From assembly GCA_035701705.1 (NCBI GenBank), contig DASSRT010000054.1:1-45487 (forward strand): DNA of 45,487 nucleotides, in the 5' to 3' direction. The DNA comes from Rhodanobacteraceae bacterium. Its GTDB lineage: Bacteria; Pseudomonadota; Gammaproteobacteria; Xanthomonadales; Rhodanobacteraceae. The position numbers were made by a program, and so were the translations under genes. Positions 37,858 through 45,487 of this stretch are shown piece after piece; positions within the stretch are counted from its first letter, which is position 1, and each line of letters opens with the position of its first letter. The notes under the pieces were generated by a model that saw nothing but the letters and a program-made list of their open reading frames with translations, did not search any database and was not told where the DNA came from.

Positions 37858-39417
37858 CTAAATGCCGGCAAGCTGGGCGCGCAACGGTTCCAGTTGTTTG
37901 TCGTAGCGGCGCCAGGCGCCGACACCGCGCGTGTCAATCGGCTCGCGTGCCTGCACCATGCTCAAGGTGGCAAGGTGCTGCGCGTTGCGGGTAACGTCGA
38001 CGCAACCGGGCTCGAACGGCAAACCGCAGAATTCAAGCACGCGACGCGCAACGCGCTCGGGCTGGTTGACCAATTCCACGTACGGCACATCCAGGATGCG
38101 ACCGGGGCACACCCGGTGCCAGTGCGCCATCAGCTTTTGGTAGGCTGCGTGGTGGCGCGCCAACGCCGTCATGTCGTAGCTGTAGGGATAGGCATCGCCC
38201 AACATCGCGCGCCAGTTGGAGAAACACACGTCCATCGGATCGCGCACCATGTGCAGGATCGGGGCACCGGGAAGGGCGCGCGCGATCAAGCCCGCCAGCA
38301 ACCAGTTCGCCGGGAGTTTGTCCACGTAGTGGGCCTTGCCACCGGCACGCCATTGGGTGTGTTCCAGATACCGCCGGCCGAGGTCGGGGAAGTCCACGTC
38401 CTGCAAGCGGGCGAGCGCGGTCTCATCCAGGAGTTGCGGTGACATGTGATTGACCGCCCAGCGCACCTGGTTGCCGAAATCGTCCAGTTCACCGGCGTCA
38501 ACCACCGCGGAGTGGTTGCTGATGATGCGGTCGAGCAAGGTCGTACCGGATCGAGGCATCCCCACGACGAAGATCGGATTCGCGCCTTCACGATTCGCCG
38601 CGAACTGCGACGCACCAAGGTCGGCCGTCACATCGATCAATCGTTGGATGGATGCTTCCTCCGCGTCCGGATCGTGGGTTCGATGTGCGTGCATCACACG
38701 ATTGGCTTCCAGGAGCGCAGCCCACGCTTCGTCATCACGCTGGAGGTCTTCGAACTCCTTGTAGCGCGCGAATTCGAGCGATGCATGTTGAACGCTGCCT
38801 CGCTCGACGCGCGCGAGTCCAGTGGCCAGATTGCCAAGATGGTTGCGCTGCGCGGACTGCGACTTCAGCCTGGAGAGCAACAACGCGGCCCGGCCGAGCG
38901 TCGGTTTGAGCCGCACGCATTCCTCCAATGTGCGTTCTGCCTCATCCAGCTTGCCGTTGAAAACCAGCTGTACGCCGAGATACTCCAGGAATTCGGCACC
39001 ACCGGCACCCAACGAACGCGCGCGTTCCAGACAAGCGAGTGCTCGATCATGTTCGCCGTTGCCTTGCGCCAATCCCGAAAGGCGCATCAACACGGGTATC
39101 GAGATTGGCATGTAGGTAAGCAGGGGGTGGGCCAGCAGATCGTGGACTGCGGCAGCTTCACCCACTGACGCAAGCGCGGCAATCACGTCGCAAATGAATT
39201 CCGGCGAATCCAGGCGACAACGCATCGCCGCCAGTGCATGCTCTGTGCCGAGACGGACCTGGTCAGCCTTCCAGGCCATCCCCCCGAGCATGACGTGCGC
39301 GTGGGGCTGGTCTGGGTCGCTGGCGAGGATGGACTCCATTGCAGCGCGAGCCGACGTGACGTTGCCCTGCTCGAGATAACGCTGCGCGCGTTGCCATTTG
39401 GCGTCCAAGGTTCTCAT
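37858..39417 (-). CDS. TPR-repeat protein fused to a PAPS-dependent sulfotransferase domain
   Basis: 519 aa. The N-terminal half is TPR-like and helical. The C-terminal half carries the 5'-PSB loop VVGMPRSGTTLLDRI and a 3'-PB-like VRDPMDVCFS. Confidence 0.85.
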   Translation of the reverse strand: MRTLDAKWQRAQRYLEQGNVTSARAAMESILASDPDQPHAHVMLGGMAWKADQVRLGTEHALAAMRCRLDSPEFICDVIAALASVGEAAAVHDLLAHPLLTYMPISIPVLMRLSGLAQGNGEHDRALACLERARSLGAGGAEFLEYLGVQLVFNGKLDEAERTLEECVRLKPTLGRAALLLSRLKSQSAQRNHLGNLATGLARVERGSVQHASLEFARYKEFEDLQRDDEAWAALLEANRVMHAHRTHDPDAEEASIQRLIDVTADLGASQFAANREGANPIFVVGMPRSGTTLLDRIISNHSAVVDAGELDDFGNQVRWAVNHMSPQLLDETALARLQDVDFPDLGRRYLEHTQWRAGGKAHYVDKLPANWLLAGLIARALPGAPILHMVRDPMDVCFSNWRAMLGDAYPYSYDMTALARHHAAYQKLMAHWHRVCPGRILDVPYVELVNQPERVARRVLEFCGLPFEPGCVDVTRNAQHLATLSMVQAREPIDTRGVGAWRRYDKQLEPLRAQLAGI

Positions 39418-39495
39418 GCCGACCGATTCCAGAGTGGCCCATAAACGGATGCCGCCGTTGGCCCGGGCCTGCGGCGCCTGGCGACCGAACCGAGC

Positions 39496-41730
39496 TTACA
39501 GCAGCGCAATGTCGGCGATGGCGTCGAAGCGGGCCTTGACGCGGGCCAGCAAGGCGACGCGGTTGGCGCGCAGGGCGGGATCATCGGCCATCACCATCAC
39601 GCCGTCGAAGAAGGCGTCGACGGGTGCCTGCAACTGCGCGAGGCGCGCCAGCGCGCCCTCGTAGTCGCGGCTCGCGGCGTCGGTGTCGAGCCGCGCCGCA
39701 TTGTCCCGACGCGCAGCATCGAGCGCCTCGGCCAGTGCGCGCTCGGCCGGTTCGCGCAGCAGGGCCTCGTCGACGGGGCGTGCCGCGGCCGCCGCGACGT
39801 CGATGCCTTCCTTGCGCAGGATGTTGGCGACGCGCTTGTTGGCGGCGGCGAGCTGTTCGGCTTCGGGTTGTTTGGCGAACGCCGCCACCGCGCGCAGGCG
39901 GCGGTCGAAGTCGACGAGGCTGGTGGGGTGCACCGCGGTGACGGCTTCGAACTGTTGCGCGCTGAAGCCTTGTTCAGCGTAGTAACCGCGCAGGCGATCG
40001 AGGATGAACCCATGCAAGTCGGTGAGCAACGCCGCACGCGCTGTGGTTGTGCTTTCCCCCGATCTACCCGGGACAGGGGCCGAGGTTGAGGCCACGTGTT
40101 CCGCGCGATGTCTCGAACCCTCACCCGGCGCTTCGCGCCACCCTCTCCCGGAGGGAGAGGGGAGAACAGCGGTGTCGGGAATCTGCGCGAGAGCATCCTT
40201 CAGCAGCACGTCAAGGTCGAGGTCGAGCTTGCCCTCGATCAGCGTGCGCGCCAGTCCCAGCGCGGTACGGCGCAACGCGAAGGGATCCTTGTTGCCGGTC
40301 GGCTTCATGCCGATCGCGAAGATGCCGGCCAGCGTGTCCAGCTTGTCGGACAGTGACAGGCACTGTGCCAGCGGACCTTCGGCGATGCCGTCGCCGGCGT
40401 TGCGTGGCCGGTAGAACTCGTCCAGCGCGTTGGCGACGTCGGCGGGCTCGCCTTGCGCGGTGGCGTAGTGCCGCCCCATCACGCCTTGCAGCTCCGGGAA
40501 CTCGCCGACCATCCGCGTCATCAGGTCGCAGCGCGACAAGCCCGCCGCATGTGCCGCTTGCGCCGCATCGACGTCGAGGCCTTGCGCCAGCAGGCGTTGC
40601 GCGATCGAGGTCGCCAGTTCGGCCACGCGCACGGTCTTGTCCCACACGCTGCCCAGCGCCTTCTGGTAGGTGACGTTTTCCAATGCGTGCTGATGCGATG
40701 CCAGCGGTGTCCTCAGGTCTTCATCGAAGAAGAATTTCGCATCGGCGAAGCGTGGACGGATCACGCGCTCGTAGCCGCGGCGGATCTGCCCCGGGCTCTT
40801 CGATTCGATGTTGGCGATGCCGATGAAATGCTCGCCGAGCTTGCCGTCGGCATCGAACACCGGCACGAATTTCTGGTTCGCGCGCATCGTGGTCACCAGC
40901 GCCTCGTGCGGTACACCGAGGAAATCACGATCGAAGGTGCAGGCGATCGCTACCGGCCATTCGTTGAGGTTGGCCAGTTCATCCAGCAGCGCGTCATCGA
41001 GGCGCGGGGTGCCGAGGCCTTGCGCGGCGGCCGTCACTTCTTCGCGGATGCGGATGCGCCGCTCGGTCGGATGCGCGCGCACCTTCGCCGCGCGCAGCGC
41101 ATCGAGGTAGCCGTCGGCATCGACGAGGTGCACCGGGCCCGGGTGCATGAAGCGATGCCCGCGCGATTGGCGGCCACTCTTCAAGCCGAACAACTCGCCA
41201 TCGATCACCTCATCGCCGTGCAACAGCACCAGCCAGTGCACCGGTCGCACGAAGCTGAAGTCATGATCGCCCCAGCGCATCGGCTTGGCGATCGGCAAAA
41301 CCGCTGCCGCCTCGCGCACGATCTCGGGGACCAGCTCGGCGGTGCTGCGGCCGGGCGTGACGCTGCGATGCACGAAGCGCTCGCCCTTGGCATCGCTGGC
41401 ACGTTCCAGTTCGTTCCACGCGACGGCGCACTTGCCGGCGAACCCGAGCAAGGCCTTGGTCGGCTCGCCGTTCGCGTCCAGCGCGATGTTCACGTACGGG
41501 CCGAAGCTTTCGCTGCGCTGTTCGGGTTGCTCGGCGGCCACCGCCGGCACCAGCACGGCCAAGCGGCGCGGCGAGCAGTACACGCGTGCAGCCGCGGTGT
41601 CGGCAGCGATCCCGCGTTTCACCAATCCGTCGCACATGCCTTGCGCGAGGGCCTGCGCCAGTTCATCGACGGCGTGGATGGGGAGTTCTTCTACTCCGAT
41701 CTCGATCAGGAGCGACTTGTCGTTGCTCAT
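39496..41730 (-). CDS. glyS: Glycine--tRNA ligase beta subunit, with an about 40-codon repeat-derived insertion
   Basis: 744 aa from the ATG at 41730. MSNDKSLLIEIGVEELP is the canonical GlyS start. It lies downstream of glyQ on the same strand. Confidence 0.95.
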   Translation of the reverse strand: MSNDKSLLIEIGVEELPIHAVDELAQALAQGMCDGLVKRGIAADTAAARVYCSPRRLAVLVPAVAAEQPEQRSESFGPYVNIALDANGEPTKALLGFAGKCAVAWNELERASDAKGERFVHRSVTPGRSTAELVPEIVREAAAVLPIAKPMRWGDHDFSFVRPVHWLVLLHGDEVIDGELFGLKSGRQSRGHRFMHPGPVHLVDADGYLDALRAAKVRAHPTERRIRIREEVTAAAQGLGTPRLDDALLDELANLNEWPVAIACTFDRDFLGVPHEALVTTMRANQKFVPVFDADGKLGEHFIGIANIESKSPGQIRRGYERVIRPRFADAKFFFDEDLRTPLASHQHALENVTYQKALGSVWDKTVRVAELATSIAQRLLAQGLDVDAAQAAHAAGLSRCDLMTRMVGEFPELQGVMGRHYATAQGEPADVANALDEFYRPRNAGDGIAEGPLAQCLSLSDKLDTLAGIFAIGMKPTGNKDPFALRRTALGLARTLIEGKLDLDLDVLLKDALAQIPDTAVLPSPSGRGWREAPGEGSRHRAEHVASTSAPVPGRSGESTTTARAALLTDLHGFILDRLRGYYAEQGFSAQQFEAVTAVHPTSLVDFDRRLRAVAAFAKQPEAEQLAAANKRVANILRKEGIDVAAAAARPVDEALLREPAERALAEALDAARRDNAARLDTDAASRDYEGALARLAQLQAPVDAFFDGVMVMADDPALRANRVALLARVKARFDAIADIALL
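40044..40163. repeat. Family B repeat element located inside the glyS reading frame
   Basis: 40114-40163 (CGAACCCTCACCCGGCGCTTCGCGCCACCCTCTCCCGGAGGGAGAGGGG) matches the intergenic unit at 12651-12697. 40044-40090 looks like a degenerate inverted partner, as at 12584-12622. Boundaries are approximate. Confidence 0.6.
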
Positions 41731-41770
41731 GTCGAGCGCTCCCCGGCGACACATGCTAGCCGGCATTCGA

Positions 41771-41923
41771 AAAGGCCATCCCCCTCGATCCCCCTTCCTG
41801 CGGAAGGGGGAAGCAAAGCGCCCGCGGAGAGGGTCGCCGCGAAGCGGCGGGGGGATGCCGCCACGCGCGATGCAAAGCCATCCCCCTCGATCCCCCTTCC
41901 TGCGGAAGGGGGAAGCAATGCGC
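41771..41923. repeat. Two 51-bp direct repeats (family C, 102-bp period) filling the glyQ-glyS spacer
   Basis: AAAGGCCATCCCCCTCGATCCCCCTTCCTGCGGAAGGGGGAAGCAAAGCGC (41771-41821) and CAAAGCCATCCCCCTCGATCCCCCTTCCTGCGGAAGGGGGAAGCAATGCGC (41873-41923). Each has a CCCCCTTCC-TGC-GGAAGGGGG hairpin. Confidence 0.75.
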
Positions 41924-41931
41924 GGATGCGC

Positions 41932-42843
41932 TCAGCCATGTGCCACCTCCGCCGCGGCTTCGACCGGCGCCACCCATTCCTTCGCCACCGCCTGCGCCAA
42001 CGCGCGCACGCGCAGGATGTAGCGCTGGCGTTCGGTCACCGAAATCGCGCGCCGCGCATCCAGCAGGTTGAAGGCATGGCTGGCCTTCATCACCTGTTCG
42101 TAGGCCGGCAGCGGCAGGTGCAGCGCGACCAGCTTGTTGGCCTCGGCTTCACAGGCATCGAAGCGATGGAACATTTCCGCGGTGTCGGCGTACTCGAAGT
42201 TGTAGGCGCTTTGCTCGACTTCGTTGCGGTGGAACACGTCGCCATAGGTGACGACGCCATGTGGCGCGTGCGTCCACACGAGGTCGAACACCGAGTCGAC
42301 GTTCTGCAAGTACATCGCGAGGCGTTCGAGGCCGTAGGTGATTTCGGCCGTCACCGGCTTGCACTCGAGTCCGCCGGCCTGCTGGAAATAGGTGAACTGG
42401 GTGACTTCCATCCCGTTCAACCACACCTCCCAGCCGAGGCCCCAGGCGCCCAGCGTCGGCGATTCCCAGTTGTCCTCGACCAGCCGCAGGTCGTGCGTGA
42501 GCGGGTCGATGCCGAGTTCGCGCAGCGAGCCGAAATAACGTTCCAGCACGTCGTCCGGATTGGGCTTCAAGACGACCTGGTATTGGTAGTAATGCTGCAG
42601 GCGATTGGGATTCTCGCCATAGCGGCCGTCGGTCGGGCGCCGGCACGGCTGCACGTAGGCCGCAGCCCACGGCGCGGGTCCGAGCGCGCGCAGGAAGGTT
42701 GCGGGATGGAACGTGCCCGCGCCGACCTCCAGGTCCTGCGGTTGCAGCAACACGCAACCCTGCTCGCCCCAGTAGCGGTTGAGGGTCTGGATGACCTGCT
42801 GGAATGTCGGTGCTGACACTGGCCTTCCCGGTGCGCAACGCAA
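41932..42843 (-). CDS. glyQ: Glycine--tRNA ligase alpha subunit
   Basis: [23 protein letters not shown]...[22 protein letters not shown] is the canonical GlyQ pattern. The ORF opens at 42843, but GTG at 42819 (after GGGAAGG, giving 295 aa) is the more likely start. Confidence 0.95.
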   Translation of the reverse strand: MRCAPGRPVSAPTFQQVIQTLNRYWGEQGCVLLQPQDLEVGAGTFHPATFLRALGPAPWAAAYVQPCRRPTDGRYGENPNRLQHYYQYQVVLKPNPDDVLERYFGSLRELGIDPLTHDLRLVEDNWESPTLGAWGLGWEVWLNGMEVTQFTYFQQAGGLECKPVTAEITYGLERLAMYLQNVDSVFDLVWTHAPHGVVTYGDVFHRNEVEQSAYNFEYADTAEMFHRFDACEAEANKLVALHLPLPAYEQVMKASHAFNLLDARRAISVTERQRYILRVRALAQAVAKEWVAPVEAAAEVAHG

Positions 42844-42911
42844 AGCGCGTTAGTATAGCCGCGAGGCCCGCCGCATCACGCTGCAGGCCGGTTTCCGTGA
42901 CGAGGCCCACG

Positions 42912-44711
42912 ATGGCGGCGATACCGAATTCGACCACGCTCCTCGGCCGGCATGGCCGGCTGGAATTGGGCGAGGTGCTGGCGGCGCTGGTGGCGGACGG
43001 CATGCTCGCCGCCGAGGACGCCAAGCGCATCCGTGCCGGCAGCCGCGCGGGCAAGGCTGCGGTCGACCTGAATCCACTGGTGCTGATCGCCAGTGGCAAG
43101 CCCGCGAACCTCGCGGATCCGGGCAAGCCGCTGACGGTGGAAACCCTGACGGTGTGGCTGGCGGAAAAATCCGGCCTGCCGTACCTGAAGATCGATCCGA
43201 TGAAGATCGACGTGGCAGCGGTGACCCAGGCCGTGAGCCAGGCCTACGCGCAACGCCACCGGATCCTGCCGGTCGCGGTCGCCAACGGCACCGTTACCTT
43301 CGCCAGCGCCGAGCCCTTCGACACCCGCTGGGCGGTCGACCTGTCGCAGATGCTCCGGCGCGAGATCAAGCGCGTGGTCGCCAATCCGCTGGACGTCCAT
43401 CGCTATCTGATGGAGTTCTACGGCGTGCAGCGCTCGATCGCCAAGGCGCGCGAGGCCAAGCTGGATGGTGCGGATGGTTCGGCGATCCTGAATTTCGAAC
43501 AGTTGCTGGAACTCGGCAAGACCGGCGAGATCGGCGCCGACGACCGCCACGTCGTCCACATCGTCGACTGGCTGCTGCAGTACGCGTTCGAGCAGCGCGC
43601 CTCGGACATCCACCTCGAACCGCGCCGCGAAGCCGCGTCGATCCGCTTCCGCATCGACGGCGTGATGCACAAGGTGTTCGAGTTGCCACCCGCGGTGATG
43701 ACGGCGGTGACCGCGCGCATCAAGATCCTCGCGCGCCTCGATGTCGCCGAGAAGCGCAGGCCGCAGGACGGCCGCATCAAGACCCGCTCGGCCGGAGGGC
43801 GCGAAGTCGAGCTGCGCATCTCCTCGATGCCGACGGCGTTCGGCGAAAAAATCGTGCTGCGCATTTTCGACCCTGACATCGTGGTCAAGGAGTTCGCGCA
43901 GCTCGGATTTTCCGCCGAAGAGGAGAAGACCTGGCGCGGCATGGTGGAACGCCCGCACGGCATCGTGCTGGTCACCGGCCCGACCGGCTCGGGCAAGACC
44001 ACCACGCTGTATTCCACGTTGAAGCACCTGGCGCGGCCGGAACTCAACGTGTGCACGGTGGAAGACCCGATCGAAATGGTCTCGCCGGAGTTCAACCAGT
44101 CACAGGTGCAACCGGCGATCGATTTCGATTTCGCGGCCGGCGTGCGCACCCTGCTGCGGCAGGATCCCGACATCATCATGGTCGGCGAAATCCGCGACCT
44201 CGAAACCGCGCAGATGGCGGTGCAGGCGTCGTTGACGGGTCACCTGGTGTTGTCCACCTTGCACACCAACGACGCCGCGTCGGCGATCACGCGCCTGCTC
44301 GATCTTGGCGTGCCGCATTACCTGATCCAGTCCACGCTGGCGGGCGTGGTCGCGCAGCGCCTGGTGCGCACGCTGTGCCCGCATTGCAAGGTGAAGGCGA
44401 AACAGGATCCGCAGACGTGGTCGGTGCTCACGCGCGGTTGGGTGATTCCGCCACCGGCGGAAGTGTACGAGCCGGTTGGTTGCCTCGAATGCCGCAAGAC
44501 CGGTTTCCTCGGCCGCACCGGTGTCTACGAAATGATGACGATCACGCCGCGCTTGCGCGGCATGGTCAGCGCGCAACTCGATCTCGCCGTGTTCACCGGG
44601 TTCGCACTCGAAGACGGCATGCAGCCGCTGCGCATTTCGGCAGCCACCCAGGTGCGGCGTGGACTGACCACCGTCAAGGAAGTGTTGTCGGTGTTGCCGG
44701 CGGGCGAGTGA
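42912..44711 (+). CDS. GspE/PilB-family secretion ATPase (T2SS/T4P-type hexameric ATPase), orphan
   Basis: 599 aa from the ATG at 42912. T2SSE N-terminal-like domain, Walker A GPTGSGKTTT, Asp box, Walker B IIMVGEIRD, His box TGHLVLSTLHTND and the tetracysteine CPHC...CLEC. No GspF/PilC-type partner gene lies within the window. Confidence 0.88.
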   Translation: MAAIPNSTTLLGRHGRLELGEVLAALVADGMLAAEDAKRIRAGSRAGKAAVDLNPLVLIASGKPANLADPGKPLTVETLTVWLAEKSGLPYLKIDPMKIDVAAVTQAVSQAYAQRHRILPVAVANGTVTFASAEPFDTRWAVDLSQMLRREIKRVVANPLDVHRYLMEFYGVQRSIAKAREAKLDGADGSAILNFEQLLELGKTGEIGADDRHVVHIVDWLLQYAFEQRASDIHLEPRREAASIRFRIDGVMHKVFELPPAVMTAVTARIKILARLDVAEKRRPQDGRIKTRSAGGREVELRISSMPTAFGEKIVLRIFDPDIVVKEFAQLGFSAEEEKTWRGMVERPHGIVLVTGPTGSGKTTTLYSTLKHLARPELNVCTVEDPIEMVSPEFNQSQVQPAIDFDFAAGVRTLLRQDPDIIMVGEIRDLETAQMAVQASLTGHLVLSTLHTNDAASAITRLLDLGVPHYLIQSTLAGVVAQRLVRTLCPHCKVKAKQDPQTWSVLTRGWVIPPPAEVYEPVGCLECRKTGFLGRTGVYEMMTITPRLRGMVSAQLDLAVFTGFALEDGMQPLRISAATQVRRGLTTVKEVLSVLPAGE

Positions 44712-44756
44712 CGCACGTGATTGCGCGCGCTCGTCGCCGCGCGCGCCGATGCGGCG

Positions 44757-45487
44757 TCAGCGAATCGCCAGCGCCACCACCAGCCCCAACCAGACCGCGC
44801 CACCGACCCAGTTGTTGTTGCGAAACGCGGCCAGGCAGGCTTGCGGTTGGCGCCAACGCATGTTCCACAACTGCCACGCGAACAACAGCAGGGCGACGCC
44901 GAGCCCGGCGAGCCATGGCCATTCGAGTTGCGCGCGCTGGCCGACCAGCAGCAGCGTGAACAACAAGGTCGCCATCAGGATCCCGATGATCGGCAGGTCG
45001 GCGTCGCCGAACAGGATCGCGGTGGACTTGGCGCCGGCGCGCAGGTCGTCATCGCGATCGACCATCGCGTACTCGGTGTCGTAGATCACCGAAAACACCA
45101 CGTTGGCGAGGAACAGCAACCAGGCAAGTGGTGGCACGTCATTGGTGATCGCGGCATAGGCCATCGGAATGCCCCAGCCGAAGGCCGCGCCCAGCACCAC
45201 CTGCGGCAGTTGCGTGTAGCGTTTGGCGAAGGGGTACAGCGCCGCCAGCGCGGCGCCGACGAACGACAGTTCGATGGTCAGTCGATTGGTGAAGGCGAGC
45301 ACCAGGCCGAAGCCGACCAGGCACAGCACCACGAACACCAGCACGGCTTCCCAGGGTTTCACGCGCCCGGCCGCAAGAGGCCGCCCCGCGGTGCGTGCGA
45401 CCTGCGGATCCAGCTTGCGGTCGGCGAAGTCGTTCATCGCGCAACCGGCGGCGCGCATCACGAACACGCCGATGGTGAAGACCGCGA
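44757..45487 (-). CDS. ubiA: 4-hydroxybenzoate polyprenyltransferase (UbiA), 5' end beyond the window edge
   Basis: NDFADRKLD and YDTEYAMVDRDDD Asp-rich motifs with multiple TM segments. The reading frame stays open to the window end. Confidence 0.9.
   Translation of the reverse strand, partial: AVFTIGVFVMRAAGCAMNDFADRKLDPQVARTAGRPLAAGRVKPWEAVLVFVVLCLVGFGLVLAFTNRLTIELSFVGAALAALYPFAKRYTQLPQVVLGAAFGWGIPMAYAAITNDVPPLAWLLFLANVVFSVIYDTEYAMVDRDDDLRAGAKSTAILFGDADLPIIGILMATLLFTLLLVGQRAQLEWPWLAGLGVALLLFAWQLWNMRWRQPQACLAAFRNNNWVGGAVWLGLVVALAIR

Noticed and set aside
41771-41923. CRISPR-like direct repeats (also at 21-90)
   Set aside because: There are only two copies each, the units are palindromic REP-type hairpins, the spacers are not unique-looking protospacer-sized inserts in an array, and no cas genes are present.
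42912-43010. Canonical MshEN c-di-GMP-binding motif in the orphan ATPase N-terminus
   Set aside because: The spacing of the Leu/Gly positions in LELGEVLAALVADGML does not fit the RLGxx(L/V/I)(L/V/I)xxG(L/V/I)(L/V/I) pattern as I recall it. It is kept only as a weak possibility within the finding on this gene.

Overview
Chromosomal segment from a high-GC Gram-negative bacterium. Gene order, the TonB-receptor and autotransporter content, and the REP-type repeats suggest a Xanthomonadales/Lysobacterales-like gammaproteobacterium; this is inference only. I support about 33 protein genes.

Core of the window: 8.9-25.0 kb is entirely on the minus strand and forms one contiguous threonine and branched-chain amino acid supercluster. 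In order it holds an aldose-epimerase-like gene, a short threonine/serine dehydratase and a thrL leader (8 consecutive Thr codons) followed by hom-thrB-thrC. Next comes a Leu/Ile/Val-rich leader ORF with an intrinsic terminator and a matching antiterminator. The cluster ends with leuA(short)-leuC-leuD-leuB-ilvD-ilvC-VOC-ilvB-ilvN.

Flanks:
- Left: galE, a flavin reductase, glmS, a frameshifted LuxR-type regulator, a secreted unknown protein, and cueR-copA behind a MerR-type promoter.
- Right: pepN, a Gly/Tyr/Trp-rich lipoprotein, a roughly 0.9-kb lower-GC island with a 67-aa gene and an ORF-poor spacer, and mnmG.
- Further right: an EstA-type autotransporter esterase, a YbaY-like lipoprotein, a TonB-dependent receptor, a TPR-sulfotransferase, glyQ-glyS, an orphan GspE/PilB-family ATPase, and ubiA (partial at the window edge).

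At least four families of REP/MITE-like hairpin repeats are scattered through the window. One copy appears to sit in frame inside glyS and one supplies the stop codon of ilvD.

I found no rRNA, tRNA, CRISPR array, transposase, integrase or recognisable defence or toxin-antitoxin module. I do not see a convincing multi-gene novel system. The least explained items are:
- the intragenic repeat in glyS
- the Gly/Tyr/Trp-rich lipoprotein
- the low-GC island upstream of mnmG
- the regulator plus secreted-protein pair at 3.8-5.5 kb
- the orphan secretion-type ATPase

All family assignments come from reading motifs in the translations, not from database searches.
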